Shown here: one piece after another, positions 24,064 through 39,110 of the stretch
Layout: the number at the start of each line of letters is the position of its first letter
Position numbering within the stretch: the first letter of the stretch is position 1
From: Callorhinchus milii
Lineage: Eukaryota
NCBI RefSeq assembly: GCF_018977255.1
Contig: NW_024704743.1
Coordinates: 106,952,001 to 107,016,000, forward strand
Direction of reading: 5' to 3'
Length of the DNA stretch: 64,000 bases
The notes under the pieces: model-generated
What the model saw: only the letters and a program-made list of their open reading frames with translations
Database searches by the model: none
What the model was told of the DNA's origin: nothing
Position numbers and translations under genes: made by a program

Positions 24064-25547
24064 CATCCTCACACACACTTTGACTTCACAGCTGGGGAGT
24101 GGTCAGGACTGACGATTATTTTTCTCCGCTCCAGACCAGGTGCCAGATGAAGTAACACTCTAGTTAAGAGACCAGCTATCTCTGCACAGACCAAAGGCAC
24201 GATATTCCATCTAACATTAATATGCACAGACCATTTAGTTTTCTAAGTCAAGATCAAATGAAATTTTTTTAAACAACAATCTTAATTAGGAAGTCATTAG
24301 TTTCAGGAACCGCAGCTTCCAAATTAAGACTGGATTTAAGAATTTTTCACAATTTTGCACAATCTTAAAAAATTTCGGACAAAATGGTCAGGCAGGTTAT
24401 AACAATAATAGTAATAATATGCCTTGCATTAGATTTACCATGTTACCACATCATTGAGACATCTCTAAGCGGTTCACAGAATATACTGTAAAGTGAATTG
24501 ACCCAATATGTTGTGGGCGAAATTGTGATGCAGCTCGGTGAAATCTCAAGCCTGAACAGAAATTGAACCTGCAACGTTCCGGTCAGTGCCATCCACCGAA
24601 GAACACAAGATGCTTATCCGTTTTCCTTTAAGAAAGTTCCCTTTAAGAAAGTTTCCTCTTTACAAAATCAGGTGACTGCCTCCTTCGGTTCTTGGCTGGG
24701 TTGGTTGGCAGATATTTTGTGTTGCTGCGTCTGAGAGTGTTTGTACGTTTCCAGTTAGTTATTTGTTCCTGAATGATTTTTTTTGATTGCAATGTTTTTT
24801 TCTTGGAGTGGGGGGGCTTCGGCTTTTGAGTAAGTTTTTGCAACTTTCAAATATCTTTTTTTCGGGGGCTCCGGGTTTGTCTGATTTGTGCAAAAAAAAA
24901 GTCAGCTCTCTCAGAGGTGCGGAACCAAATGTTGCTCACTGAAGGTAGTCATTATCTACATCTCACCAGATTATTATTATTATTAATATCTCACCAAATT
25001 AAAGCCGATTAGACCAGTGCTGCCCAACCTTTATGGTCGGCCAACAAAAATAAATTTTCTTGATTGAATATTCCTTTGATTGACGGCATGAATCCAAAAA
25101 TGTTCATTCAAGATGGTTATCCACCACAGGTTGGCCATGGGGCATTAGACTGTCGTGGTATTTGGCTTTGCTCCTACCCCCCCCCCCCGCCCCCTGTTCC
25201 CTCCGCACCGTGTCTTCATGCCACCTCATGTTCAGGTCCCTCCCTATCGCTGCGGCTCCCTGCAACCGAACGCCCCGCTGCTCCCTCTGCTCAGCCAGCA
25301 TCGGCCTTTGCTACTTGTCCCCCGCCCAGCCAACCTCCACTGCCCTTGACTGAGCTTTCAGCTGTTTTCCCTCCCACTGACCAGCTGCCTGGGCTGCTTT
25401 CCTGACCGCTGAGGCCACCTTTGATCTTTCACAGTGATGTCAATGTGGAAAGAGCGGCCACACAGCACGACCACGACGATGAGTCTCGGGTACGCAAACC
25501 CCGAAGCTCAGCCAGTCAGCAGTGCCGGCACTTCATATCTTGTTAAC

Positions 25548-25887
25548 AATTATCCTGCATTGGTTATGGTGTCAATAATATTGAAACATCTCAAATCACT
25601 TTAAAGTTATTGCTGGGTTTGAAGGCAAACTCGGCAGCCAATTTGCGCACAGCAATGCCATGTGAAGTGACTGCTCAGTTCTATTTTGGGGAGGGGGGAT
25701 TGTTGGCCAGGATACCAGGGATCTCCCTTCCCAATTCAAATGGTGTCAGGATCATTAACACCCACCTGACGTCAGAGATAGGGCTTCAGTTTAACGTCTC
25801 AGCTGAAGAATGACACCTCTGACAATGAAGTGTTTGTGCACTGACCCCCCACCACCACAGCACTGCAAGAGCGAGTCAGCTTAGTCT
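25548..25887 (-). mobile_element. SacSINE1-like DeuSINE fragment
   Basis: GCAGCCAATTTGCGCACAGCAA (Deu block, reverse) and TTGGCCAGGATACC...CAGTTTAACGTCTCAGCTGAAG. Confidence 0.7.
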
Positions 25888-28069
25888 ATGAGGGAGCGGT
25901 TTTCCAAATTAAGTCTTAATTTAGCAATATTGCAAGATGTTAAAACAATGCTCTTAAGACAAAACCATGAAGATTTCTTATTTTACCAGTGGCCCCTTCC
26001 TATCTGTTTTCTAGACCCGATAGCCTCACTCATGCTAAGGTCAGCAGAGCTCTGCTGGGGCTTTTTTTTTGTAACAATTCCCATATTTTATTTTACTGCA
26101 CGTTCTCTGTGTCTCTGATCTTCCAGTCAATGTTGCAGATGTCGTGTAAAAGTAATGTAATGTTTGTAAAGCTGGCGTCCAGTACTTGAGCAGATTGTTG
26201 CTAAAGCTGAATTGATCCTTTTCCATTGTTTCCATAGTTACACAATCTTACGCTTCTGTGTTTGGGTGTTTTTTCCCCTTATACCTCCCCCCGCACCACC
26301 CCAGAATTGTCCAGAATCCATTGCAGTTTGGCTTCAAGCCAATTTCCTAGATTGTTTGATATTTGTTATTACAGATTTTTGTGAGAGGTTATTTATTTGT
26401 ACACTGAAGTACTTGCAGTTAATGTATCAACAGATGCATTTCACTATGCTCTGAAGATCTGAGTTGCATTGAGTGGTGAACTGCAAGGGTGTGTCTTCAC
26501 TCAGGCACCTGAAAGGTTGTTGCTTTGTCAATGACTTTTTTGCAAAGTTATTAACTCCAAGCAGCAGTCCCTTATCACTGATTCCTTCTTTTGGAAAGGT
26601 ATTCTTTTTTTTACAGTAAGCTGTGTATACAGGACAGCCCTGGCATAATGCACCTCTTTAGAGTGCTGAATCGGTTGTAACGAGATTTACAGTACGTATG
26701 TTCTGGCCAATTCTGACACAAAAATATCTCACTTCTGCATCATCAGTTTACCGCTGACATCACTTCCTGCTTTGTGCACAGCAGTGGTGTCTGTAACGAC
26801 CTGATGACCTGGAAACCGGGCTTTTTTTAGTACGACAACGATTCAGCGAGGCGGTTACACTGTGAAACCATCATGGCCCTGTTAAAGCAATGGGCTTTAT
26901 TGACCCCAAGTGCCACGTTATAAAGACTCCAGGTGCACAGAGATAAATTCTGGTGTCAGAGATTAACTTAAAATTCCTCGTTTGTCAAAGAGAAATGAAG
27001 CTACAGGTCTGTAAATGTGCCTATTGTTTGTTAAATGCTTGTTCCTCAAACACTATTAAGATCTCAAAAAGAATAGGAAGTTTCTGCAGGTGTCCTCTGA
27101 ATAAATGGCTGTTTTAGGACATTGGGTAAGACATTGTAGGACATTTTCTGTGCTGAAAATGTGCTGTCGCTTTTTCCTAAAGGAAACAGTCACTACCCTT
27201 GACACTAATTACTCTGAAAGTCTTTGAGACATTTTGATGTGAATAATGTGCAATAAAAGTTGCAAGTTCTTTCCTTAAAGTTAATTTAATCTACAAACAC
27301 TCTGGCTCTGGAGTAAACCCGTTTTATATTGTGGGCTCTTTTGCCAGAGGCAAGGCAATGTTACTGATGCTGAAATACTCTTTAGGATTCATTACCAAGA
27401 TAAAACATGGTTAGCTGTGAAAGCAAAGTCAGCTCTAGTACTGAATGCAGATGAGAACTTTCACTAATGAACACATCAGATAGAAGTGCTATGTTATTAA
27501 AACTCCCCTACATTACTTAATGCGTCATCCGTGAATGGAAGGCAGTCCAGTTGTCTGTGGTTAATCTTTGGTGAAATGCTGTTGGTTCAGTGTTCTGGAT
27601 GGTCAAAGCTAGGTTTTCTTTAACCAGTTCAGCCTTTACTATTAGGATGATATTTCATAAATATCTTGAATTGCCTTGGCAGAGGTTTCCCTTTCACGGG
27701 CCGTCATATTGAATAAAAGTGCTCCAATAAAAATAAATCTCTGGTAACATGGTTTACGGTACTTTAGCAGGGATTTGTCTCCTGGGCAGTGTTTGCTTAT
27801 TTATGTTTTTTAATGCTTCCCTGACATATATGACTGTTTCAAAGTCACTGACTATTGATTTATAATACATTCAATATCCCATGCAAGCAGTGAGCTTGGC
27901 CCCTCTGTGTTTTTGAACATGCATTCCTCCTGCTTACTTGCTGCATTACGTCTGAACGCACACAAGCCAGTCAGTCAGTCATCCACTGTCTCCTGCCTAT
28001 TTTTTTGGAGGGGAGGGAATTGTCACAGCAAACTAGCTGTGATGTCACACCATCCTGCTAACACATGGT

Positions 28070-28090
28070 TGGTTATTCTTGTGTTTCAGA
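28070..28090 (+). other. Probable splice acceptor of the FAM110B coding exon (exon starts ~28090)
   Basis: TGGTTATTCTTGTGTTTCAG|ATC: a pyrimidine-rich tract ending in CAG at 28087-28089, 300 nt upstream of the ATG. FAM110B genes have non-coding upstream exons. Confidence 0.6.
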
Positions 28091-28320
28091 TCACTGCCTG
28101 GAGCTGTGCATAAAAGAGCAGACAAGACTCCCACGTCTCTCAGTCAGCTAAAAAGAAATCAGCAGAGCAGATTAATGCAGACTTGTGTCTAGTGGCCCTT
28201 CATACAAAGGCTGCCTTTAAAGAGAACATAGTGATATTTAATGAGCTGTGAGATGAGGCCCTGCTGGTAATACTGGAAGCACAAGACTCTTCCTCTATTC
28301 AGCTTGCTCGATATACATGA

Positions 28321-29502
<1,182 letters not shown>

Positions 29503-29789
29503 GGAAAGGACATGTTAATTATTCTGTTTGGATTCAATTTTTTTGTTTGTTTTTGTTTTTTTTCGGTCTGTGAATCTTTAGTTGTGAAAAATTGTGAAGT
29601 CCGCTGAGATGTCTCAGAACTCAATCCCATTGTACATTCTCTCATTGCATGCTGATCAACTCATGCTCAGAACCAGCCTCCACCTCAAAAAAAAAGCGCA
29701 CAAGCAGGACATAGACATGGACACTTCAGCTGTTATAGAAATGTTCATTGAGCACGAGACATTGCGCACACATTTCATCATACATTTCA

Positions 29790-31095
29790 AACAACCCATA
29801 AATGACTTCTCCTCTTTCCTCTCCTCTCACAACCTTTCCCTCCCGCATCCACTCTGCCACCCACATTCACGGTCACCCATTCGACCTGGTGATTATCCAG
29901 GGCCTCAGTGTCTCGGATATCACAATCACAGACAAAGCCATCTCCGATCACCATTTCATCTCCTTTAACTGCTCAATCCCTCTCCCCACCACCACCAAAC
30001 CCACCTCCATCTCCTACCGGCCCTGGAAAAAAATCTCCCCGTAATTCCTCTCCGTGGCCCTGGAGTTATCTGAACTCCTCCCCCTCTGGCCTACCTCCCG
30101 CGCTGATTTACCCTCCTCGCTCACTCTCCTCCACAACTCCCTCTCCACCACTCTTGATGCCCTTGCTCCCCTCACCTCCCGAACCACCTCCTACGCACGA
30201 ACCTCACCCTGATACATCAGCCATCTCTGCTCCCTCAAGAGGCATAGTACAGGCCGCCGAATGGCATCGTTCATCTGGCACCGTTCCCCCTAAAAACTGC
30301 TACAATCATCCCAATCCTGAAGAAACCTTCCCTGGAGCCATCCCTGCTTTCTAACTACCAACCTGTCTCCAACCTCCTTTTTCTTTCCAAGGTCCTTGAA
30401 AAAGTCAAATGTCCTTTCTCCCCCATATCCATGCCATGACACGCTCTGCCTTCCCCCACCTCCGCAACATTTCCCGACTCCGCCACTGCCTCAACCCTCA
30501 GGCCGCCGAAATCCTCATTCACGCATTCATCACCTCAAGGCTCGACTATGGAAACTCCCGCCTTGTCAGTCTCCCCAACTCTTCCCTCCACAAACTGCAG
30601 ATCATCCAGAACTCTGCAGCTCGTTTCCTCTCCCGCACCAAACTCCCTGACCCCATCACCCTCGCCCGGCTCCAGTGGCTCTCCATCCCCCAGAGGATAG
30701 AATTCAAAATCCTCATCCTCACTTTCAAGGCCCTCCACAGCCTTGTCCCCTCCTACATCTCTGACCTGCTGACCCCTTAACAACCTGTCCGCTCCCTCCA
30801 TTCAGCAGGCTCCAGTCTGCTCCATGTCTCCCCCCTCGAACCGCCCTACCATCAGCAGCCTTTGGAACTCCATCCCACAATCCCTTCGCCTTTCTCCCTC
30901 CTTTGCTTCCTTCAAGGCACAACTCAAGACCCTCATTTTTGAGCGTGCCTTCAGCTGCCCTCCTATACCCTCTGCCCTCCCTCATCCCAACCCTGCCCCC
31001 CATGCTCAGGTCCTGATCTCCAACTGTTCAGCACCTAGGGACGTCCTCCCAATGTGAAAGGTGCTTTACAAATGTAATTTTGTTGTTGTTGTTGT
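29790..31095 (+). mobile_element. Internally deleted L2 LINE within the probable FAM110B 3' UTR
   Basis: Endonuclease-end remnant (THIHGHPFDLVI..ISDHHFISF), an RT N-terminal remnant (~30290-30405), the C-terminal part ([28 protein letters not shown]) and a (GTT)n tail. Confidence 0.9.
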
Positions 31096-31629
31096 TAATG
31101 GGGTGGGGGGAGGGTATGGCCATTATTGTTGCCGATCCTCTTTACACATAATAAATGGATTCAGAGGGTGGGGGGTGGGGGGAACGAGTCATTTCATCTA
31201 TCTCAGACTGCATTGTGCTGAAAGTTATATGTATCTCACCCGAGGCTGTAAAATGCATGGCTCCAGCCCATATAATCTGTAATGGCAGCAAGTCGCCTGT
31301 AGCGTTTGTCACCAAGTTGTGCAGCTGACACGCACACACGCCAGCCAGTATGGTACAGCCCTGACCATCCATGTCTTCCAAATCTCCATCAGCCACCATC
31401 TGACCTGTCAACCGCAAGACAGCTCTGGGGGAAAGTGCAGAGTACAGTGGATGACCCCTGTTCAATAGTTCATTGTTGCTTTTTAATATACAGTGCTGTA
31501 CTTCATTTCATATAAAGAGACTGGTGCCTCAGCCCATTGGGAAACTAAAATTTTTTGTATTGTGTAAATGCTGTATGGATTTGTAAATACTTCAAAGCTG
31601 TTCCAGATCTGTAAAGAAGAGTCTGTACT

Positions 31630-31635
31630 AATAAA
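31630..31635 (+). terminator. Candidate polyadenylation signal of FAM110B
   Basis: AATAAA preceded by several TGTA motifs and followed by a GT/T-rich tract (TTTGTGTTTC, ~31670-31679), in a repeat-free AT-rich block. Confidence 0.55.
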
Positions 31636-32505
31636 TAGTTTCTGGTTCATTTGTCACCATTCTGTAAAGTTTGTGTTTCAGTCATAAAACGTTTTTTTTA
31701 ACACAATTTAAAAAAATAATAATCTGACTTTGTTATGGGCCCTCTGGATTCACACAGCGATGTAATCATTGAGGTCACAGGCAAAGCAATATTTAGTAAA
31801 GAAAAAGCACAAACTAATTCAAGCATATTGGTCTGTTGTAAGAGCCTGATAATCTAGTACAGGATTTTTTAAAATATACATTTGCACAGTGGGATTTTCT
31901 AGCATATGACATTGCTTTTGTATATTCATGAGCGCTCCTGAAAGTTGTTATCAACACTAGAAAAGGCTAAATTGCAGCTGTAGTAAACACCACATGAATA
32001 TTTAGAAGGTGCAGACACAAATGGAACAACCAAAAAACTGTTATTGAAAATCATTGGCCTCTAATTTTCCCTGGCCTTGGCTCATTAGTCCATTTTGTCT
32101 TCAAATGTAAGATGGTGCGGATTTGTGCAGGTTCTGTGAACCCAATAAAAATAATAAGAATCCTAACATTTGGTATAACGTCTTTCATGTCGGGAAGATA
32201 TCTCAAAAGTGCTTTACAGGATACGCTGTGAAGATAGTGAAATAAGTGGATAGTGGATAAGATAGTGGCGTGACTGGGGAGATTTTTAAGACAGAGTAGT
32301 CTTGTGTGGTAAAAAGTGAAATTTCAGGCCTAAGGTATGTTCGAGCCCCATCACTATAATTCCTTCTAATGATAGTGAAGTGCAGTTAAAATAGGACACT
32401 AGTGACAAATCCCTTTCCCTAAGAAGGCATTTTTGAGAGGGAGCATGTGTGTCTGTGTGTTTGTTGGGAAGGGGGGTGGGGGGAGAGTAGTTGATCAGTC
32501 TTGTT

Positions 32506-32870
32506 GGGAGTCCTGTAGCACTCGCCTCGCAAGCAAGAAACCTTAGGCAAGTTTCCTTACTCCGCATGCCTCTGTTTACCTAACAGTAAGTAGGAAACCG
32601 ATGGTTTGTTGATTAGTGGATCGTTTTCCAGGGTTAATAATCCCTCCCAAAAAATGTGGTTATTCAATCCATCACTCTGTGCAATTGGCTGCCGCGTTTT
32701 GCCCACAAAATATACAGTCAATTCATTTTACAGTATATTCTGTGAAGCGCTTTGAGACATCTTGAAGATGTGATAGGGTGTGATATCAAATGCAAGGATT
32801 ATTATTCTGTGAAATGCTTTGAGACGTCTTGACATGATAAGGCACTATATCAAATACAAGGGTTATTATT
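32506..32870 (+). mobile_element. tRNA-derived SINE (long subfamily) with a second tail in tandem
   Basis: Head with a deletion and the long body segment. The tail repeats at 32806-32870. Confidence 0.85.
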
Positions 32871-33194
32871 TTGGTGGAGCAGCTGGATTCCCTGCATGGT
32901 AACTTTCTTTTGAGGGGAGAGAGGGAAGCCAACACACTTTGGTTGCCAGGTACTTGTGAGCTTTTCATTACGTATTTGAACCAAGACTTCCTGTTGATTT
33001 GATGGTAAAATGACTTGTTCCACATTCTTGTCTCACCAGTAATGTGTTTTTATAAGCTTTGGGTGTGGGCGGGGGCCCTTACAAGAAAACCTTGCTGAGA
33101 TGAAACGATTCTTAATGTGACATGAAAAGCTCTGTTTAAATGCAAATTGTTTTTTTTTGTATCAATAGCAAGTTATGCGGCTTTAGCTGGTTGG

Positions 33195-33455
33195 ACTCCA
33201 GCAGTACCCCAACTCACGCTCTGGGGCCCCCAAGCCTTGGTTCTTGCCAATCTGCGCCTAATAAAGTTCCGGTATTCGGTAAGCAGGATGCATCCCTCCA
33301 TGGAGAAAGTGTGCAGGGAGAAAGATTGCAATAATCTATCTCTGGGATTTTCATGTGAAGGTGGGATGCATGGTATTCTCAGCTAGGTTTGGATACTTTT
33401 AAGCATGGTGATGGTTTCCACATGTGTCAGACACCTGGCTGACCCCCAAAAATTT
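33195..33455 (+). repeat. Unclassified ~260-bp interspersed repeat, copy 2
   Basis: Shares TTTGGATACT..TAAGC.TGGTG and TGTCAGACACCTGGCTGACC with the 46570-46812 copy. Confidence 0.75.
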
Positions 33456-34589
33456 GTATTTGGTTGCCTTCCATTACAAAAGGGATGAGAAATGGACTGT
33501 AAACATTAGTGATCTTGAACCAGTTGCTGTCCTTCTGTGCCCTCAAGTTATCTCCAGAAACTGGCCAAGAAAATCCTGCAAAACAGTTATACAAATTTTG
33601 CAATAAAACTGTTTTATGGCAGAATATTTTAATGGGTCTTGGGAATATACCCAATAATGAAGCAGATCAGAAAAATCAGTCGATGCTTCCATTAGTAGAG
33701 GAAACCACTTAACATGCTTGGATCATAGTTTACAGACTAAAGTGATTAAGCACTCACAGATTGGAAAGAGTAAGCTGTGCTCATTCAATGTTGTACGCAG
33801 TGATTTGCGGTTTGCCTCCAGTTGTCCTGGGTGAGTAGACATACTCAGCAGATCCGTATTTCTTTTGCTTCTGATGCATTATATAATGCAGTAACGCTAT
33901 CTGGGGGAATGGGCTTTAGAGAAAACAGAATGTGCATTATAATTCTGATAAATGTAAATCGCATCATGCACCATCAGTTGGCTGGCCTTCAGGTTACACT
34001 CTGGAACACCATCCCTGAGTCTTTTTGACTCGCCTCTTTCCCACTGTCTTTCCTGAACCCCACCCCAACCCCAGCACAGGTGCAAACCCTGGACTGTTCA
34101 GTGCCTTGGGACATCTTCCCAAAGCAAAAAGCACCATATAAATGTAAATTTGTATTGGATGCTGATGTTTACTTCCTGGCTGACTCTTTAGCTTAAATTG
34201 TCATTTGTTTTAATACGATGTCTGTTCATGAACACACGTTTGTGTATCCAGCGCCTGGATAATCGCCCTGTTTGTAAACCTCGTTGTCCAAAGCATTTCT
34301 CCTGAAAATAAGATCAGAGAGAATAGAATCAATTCATTGACTACAAAAACCTTAACACAATTGACATGAGCTGCCCATGGCTTATCAGAGATAACCAAAA
34401 TGGAGGAACACATTGTCCTATCACATTCTGCTGGACAGCTATACAGTCAAATGCTATTTGAAGTAAACTTCAATAAATGACAGGATGAGTTTCAGTAAAA
34501 GCCACAAGCTGTGCTTGTGTTGACGTTCAGCTGATGTTATGTATGATTTTGTGTTGTTCTCAGTATCTCCATGCCTCTGATGGGTTTTG

Positions 34590-34935
34590 GTGGGCATTCT
34601 CCACTCCTTTTTATCTTCTTATGTGACCTATCTCTCTGATTTGATCATATTGCACTCCTCTGCTTGTCCCCTCAGCTCAGGTAAGATAAACCTGATGTGC
34701 ATCCCTCGCATGCTCTGCATCACAAAGAATGGTCAAGCCTTCAGTCACTATGAACTTCCTTCCTCTAACCCTCCACATTCCCCCTCACCCTTGTTTTTAA
34801 ATGTCATTTTAAAACCTACCTCTTCGACAGCACCTATAGTTGCCTCATCCTTCTCCCTTGCTCGGCCTGCTACTGTGAAGCACTCTGAGATTTATCCTAA
34901 TTGAAGAGAACTTTATAAATGAAAGTTGTTGTTGT
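34590..34935 (+). mobile_element. Degraded L2 3' fragment (further ones at ~33960-34160 and ~39790-40140)
   Basis: L2-like C-terminal remnants and a (GTT)n tail. Confidence 0.6.
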
Positions 34936-37900
34936 TACATTTGCACTGCATTCACAGCAGTGTACTTGATGTACCTTACCATTGCTGTCAACAACACTGA
35001 TCCATTCTTTCCTGCTGTGAAACTGGATTTTGCTAAAACGACACATCAATGCACTGTTTGGCATAGTACCAATTGGCTAAGCTGGGTGAGTTAGTTTTGG
35101 TTGTTGAAGTTCTCATGTGTATCTTGCCAGAACTGTTTTGTCTCTAAATGCAGCACTATAAAGGGATTGAAACACTGGCAACGATTGTTGGTAGATGTCG
35201 ACGTGGAACTTTATATTTCAAAATGTGGTTCTTTTAAGAATGAAGGTCAATAATTTCTTTTCATTCTCTCCCTTTGCCACTTGTCCCCTGAAAGAAGCAA
35301 AAACTTAGTGGTAATTCCAGCACAGAGGTAGCCTGTGACTCATCCAAGTGACCATTCCTCATAAGCATGGCATCTATCCTCCTTGTGAAGGAGGTAAGTG
35401 GGTTTCCTTGGAGCTAAACTGGCTCCAAGGCGACATGTTTGGCAATAGAAGGCTAGAATGGAGCCAATCTTCTGTGGTTCTTGAGCCAGATGTGTCTGCA
35501 GTACTCGAAGACACAGACCAGTTAGCCTGACTCATCGGCAGGACTTGGAGGAGCAAATTAGTCACTAAAAATGAGGATTCTTCCTACTCAACTCTCTCAA
35601 GCCAACAAAGCAAAGGTTGACAGGTAGGGTGGTCCTTGTTGGTTAAGCAGCAGGAAGCTTGCCAAATACACTTTAAAGTAAATCTTTTGAAGGGTTTTGA
35701 GAGGTCTCAACGACATGTTAAGATGCTGTATCAAATGCAAGGATTATTATTGATATTTGGTTATTGAAGTGAAGAATGTTTACACAGAAAAGAGAAGACT
35801 CAAGGGATATTTTATTGATCCTATGGGATATTGATAAAGAGTTCTTATAGTATGATTGAAATGCTTGAAAAAATCTGTAACTAGAGGACATGGACTTGCA
35901 TTCAGAAGAGATAAAGTGAACAAACCATTCAGATTTAATTTTAATCAGTTATGAATATATGGAATAGGTGGTGTAGACATATTAAATTCAGGAGAAAATT
36001 ATTTGGTGAAGAACGTATTTGAGGGGTATAAGAGTAGAGTTTTTTATACTCTGGCCAGCCAAATAATCTTTTGTTGCTATGTAAATTCCTCTTGGCATGT
36101 ACTGTAATGTCTTTCCATCACCCCCAGCATCAAACCCCCAGTAGTACAAAAAAGAGGATAAATAGTACCAGGAGTGAGGAGCTGAAAGAGAAGCATTGCA
36201 TAGACAATACTATATTCAGCTGTGTTAAAAAGCTTTGAGACATCCTCCCGACATGAAAGACACGTAAATGAAATGTCAATTTTATTGCATTGCATTCTGA
36301 AATAAAATAAAATTATGGGGAAACATGAAGGGAAAGCAATCAAAAAGTAATGTAAAATAAAGTACAAACACATTTCAAGATGCAAAATTAATTTAAAAAT
36401 TGAGATAGAAGGCAATAAGGAAAAGTAAAAACAACAGAGAAATAGAATAAAATCAGATGCCATCGATTGTTGTAAAAGGAATTCAAATGGGTGCTTGGAA
36501 AAGAAAAATATTAAACTGTATGAGAAGTGAGTTATGCAGAGGGATTAGTTAGGTGCCTCATGTGGAGAAATATAGTGATGACTTAATGTGCCAAATGGCC
36601 CGTTTTTGTGCTGTAACATTGTGTGATTTTATGATTTAAAAAAGCTGAGTTGATGCAAATTTGAATGGAAACATAGAAGCAGTGGAAACGATCAAAGAAA
36701 GGCAATGTAAAAGACGGACAAGGAAAATGACAATCTTTAAATACTTCATGTGGAGAGATAGTGAAAAAGAGATTGCAAAGGAAAAGCGAAGGAGAGAGTA
36801 CACCAGGGTGGCTCAGTGACAACAAGAGTCACTGAGGGAGATCGTAGTTCACAAGATCAAAGATTGGTTTGGTTGAAAATCCCTTCGGATTTTGATCACA
36901 TCTTTCCAAAATGCCCATCTTCCCATCACAACATCTAACTGTTTTAGTCCAGTGTGGAAATGAGTCCAGTGTGCTGGTTTCAACCTCACATTGCAGGAAC
37001 ACATTCCAGTCACGAATTACCCTCTGAATAAAGAAAAACTTCCTGATGTCTGAGTTCAGTTTCTCTTTTGGTTTGGCAGGGAATCTTCACTGGACCGCAA
37101 CACCATGTCTGCTGGTAAGTTACACAAAGGTTGGCTTTGATAGTGTCTGAAGAGTGAACACTTCCAAATGAGAAAGACCCCAGATCCCAGGTTTGCTTTT
37201 AACTAACACTGTCTCTTTGGGCAATGATTCTGCGTATTTTCTAACTACTATTTAAATATTCATGAACAAAATATTAAGTGAATTAGATAGTTTTATTACC
37301 TATCAGCTATTTTGATAGTTCTGATTTGTCACTTTTCTTCAGTACCTCTTAGTTCTTTTGCAAATTCTATTAAATTTCTATTCCATATATCAAGGCCTCT
37401 GATATTCTCTACCATCTCCATACAAATTTATACAAAAATCTTTTGCACTGTTCTTAGCTGGAGGGGGATGACATTGGCAAATCGCTGTCAGTGGAAGTAA
37501 TGTGACAAGTGTTGTATAATGTCCTGCAATTAATAACCTCCAATTCTCCTAAATAGGGCAATTCTAAGTTGTATATTTCTCTATCAACAGTCAGTTTGAG
37601 TAAATATAATAGTTTTAACTTTTAAAATCTGTACCATGAGACAGTACGATCGTGTTTCTGAACAGGTTAGGAACAATTCATTGATTCTTTACACTTAGAA
37701 CAGCTGTGGCATCAGCAATTTGTAGCTTGCAAATCAATTATTTGTGGATTGAAGCTATTTGTGTATAAGAATAATAATCCTTGCACAGCACACACATGCC
37801 TTAACACAGCATCAAAATGTCTCAAAGCACTTCGCAGGATTTACTGTAAAGTGCAGTTATTTTATATTTAGAGAGAGAGAGAGAAATGCATCAATTTGCA

Positions 37901-38849
37901 TGCAGAAATGTCTTGCAAACAGTAATGTTCCAATCTAGGTAATCACAGTAATGAGGAAAATAACCATTTTGTTTCATGGGAATTGTTTGCCAGAACACCG
38001 GGAGAACACTCTTTTCAATTAGTATCGAATATGGCTATCGCCTATAAATCTGTTCAAATATTTTCAATCTGTTTTAATGTATTTAAATTTAGAAAGTTGA
38101 TTTGAGGAAGTATTCCTGAAACAAAACTGAAATCCTGGGATCTGCACATAAACAGGACTAGACACTAGACTTGCTTAAAAAGCAGCTTGATACTGTGATG
38201 GGAGGACAGTAGGATAGATGTTCTGGAGGCATGGAGATCAGACAGGCTGAAAAGCCTTCTTCATCCAGACCGATCCTATGAAATGTGATAATTCTCACCA
38301 ATAATCATTTATCACATCACGTACCCCACTTTGCACCACTATATATGAATATCAGAATACATTCAGGGAAGGAGTCAAACTCCGTCCATCATAGTCTGCA
38401 ACACTATTGAATGAATGCATTGCATAGCTCAAAAGCTCAAACATAGCTCAAAGCAAGCTTAGGTTGTTTTAAGACTTTTTTTTACTAGAGTGCATCTCCT
38501 TCTTGCATTCAAGGTGACAGAACCCTTTCTGAGGAGTGTACAGTGACATGTTTGCAATGAAATCAATTCTTACTCCCAGAGCTCACCAAGCAGAAACCTG
38601 ACTCATAAAATGCACTGATTTAGTAGTTTACAAATTTATATATTTTCTTCCCCTTTGAGGCCTCTCTGCAGCAAACCATTGATCACTATGAGAGGGTGGT
38701 ATTTCCTCTATCTGAAAATTGCTATTTAGTAACCAGCAAAAATAATCCACTTGTCAACCAAAGCATAAGGTTAATGGTGTCCTTCCAATGGCATCAAAAT
38801 GGTAATGTTTTGGTTCCAGTAGAAAGGCAGGAAATTTTAGAACAGATGA

Positions 38850-39110
38850 TTATTAATTATCCTTGCATTTAATATTGTGCCTTATCGCATAGTCGAGACA
38901 TCGCAAAGCGCTTCACAAAATATGCTGCAAAGTGAATTGACTGTATATTCTGTCGGCGAAGCACGGCAGCCATTTTTCGCACAGCAGTGTCCCACAGTCA
39001 TGGATTGGGTGACCAAATTATTATTCATTTATTTTTTGAAGGGTTTATTACCCCTAGAAAATGATCTGCCAATCGACCAACATCTGAGCTCCTACTTACT
39101 GCTAGGTAAC
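38850..39110 (-). mobile_element. tRNA-derived SINE (long subfamily), headless
   Basis: Reverse complement of the tail, Deu block and TTACCTAGCAGTAAGTAGG segment. Confidence 0.8.
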
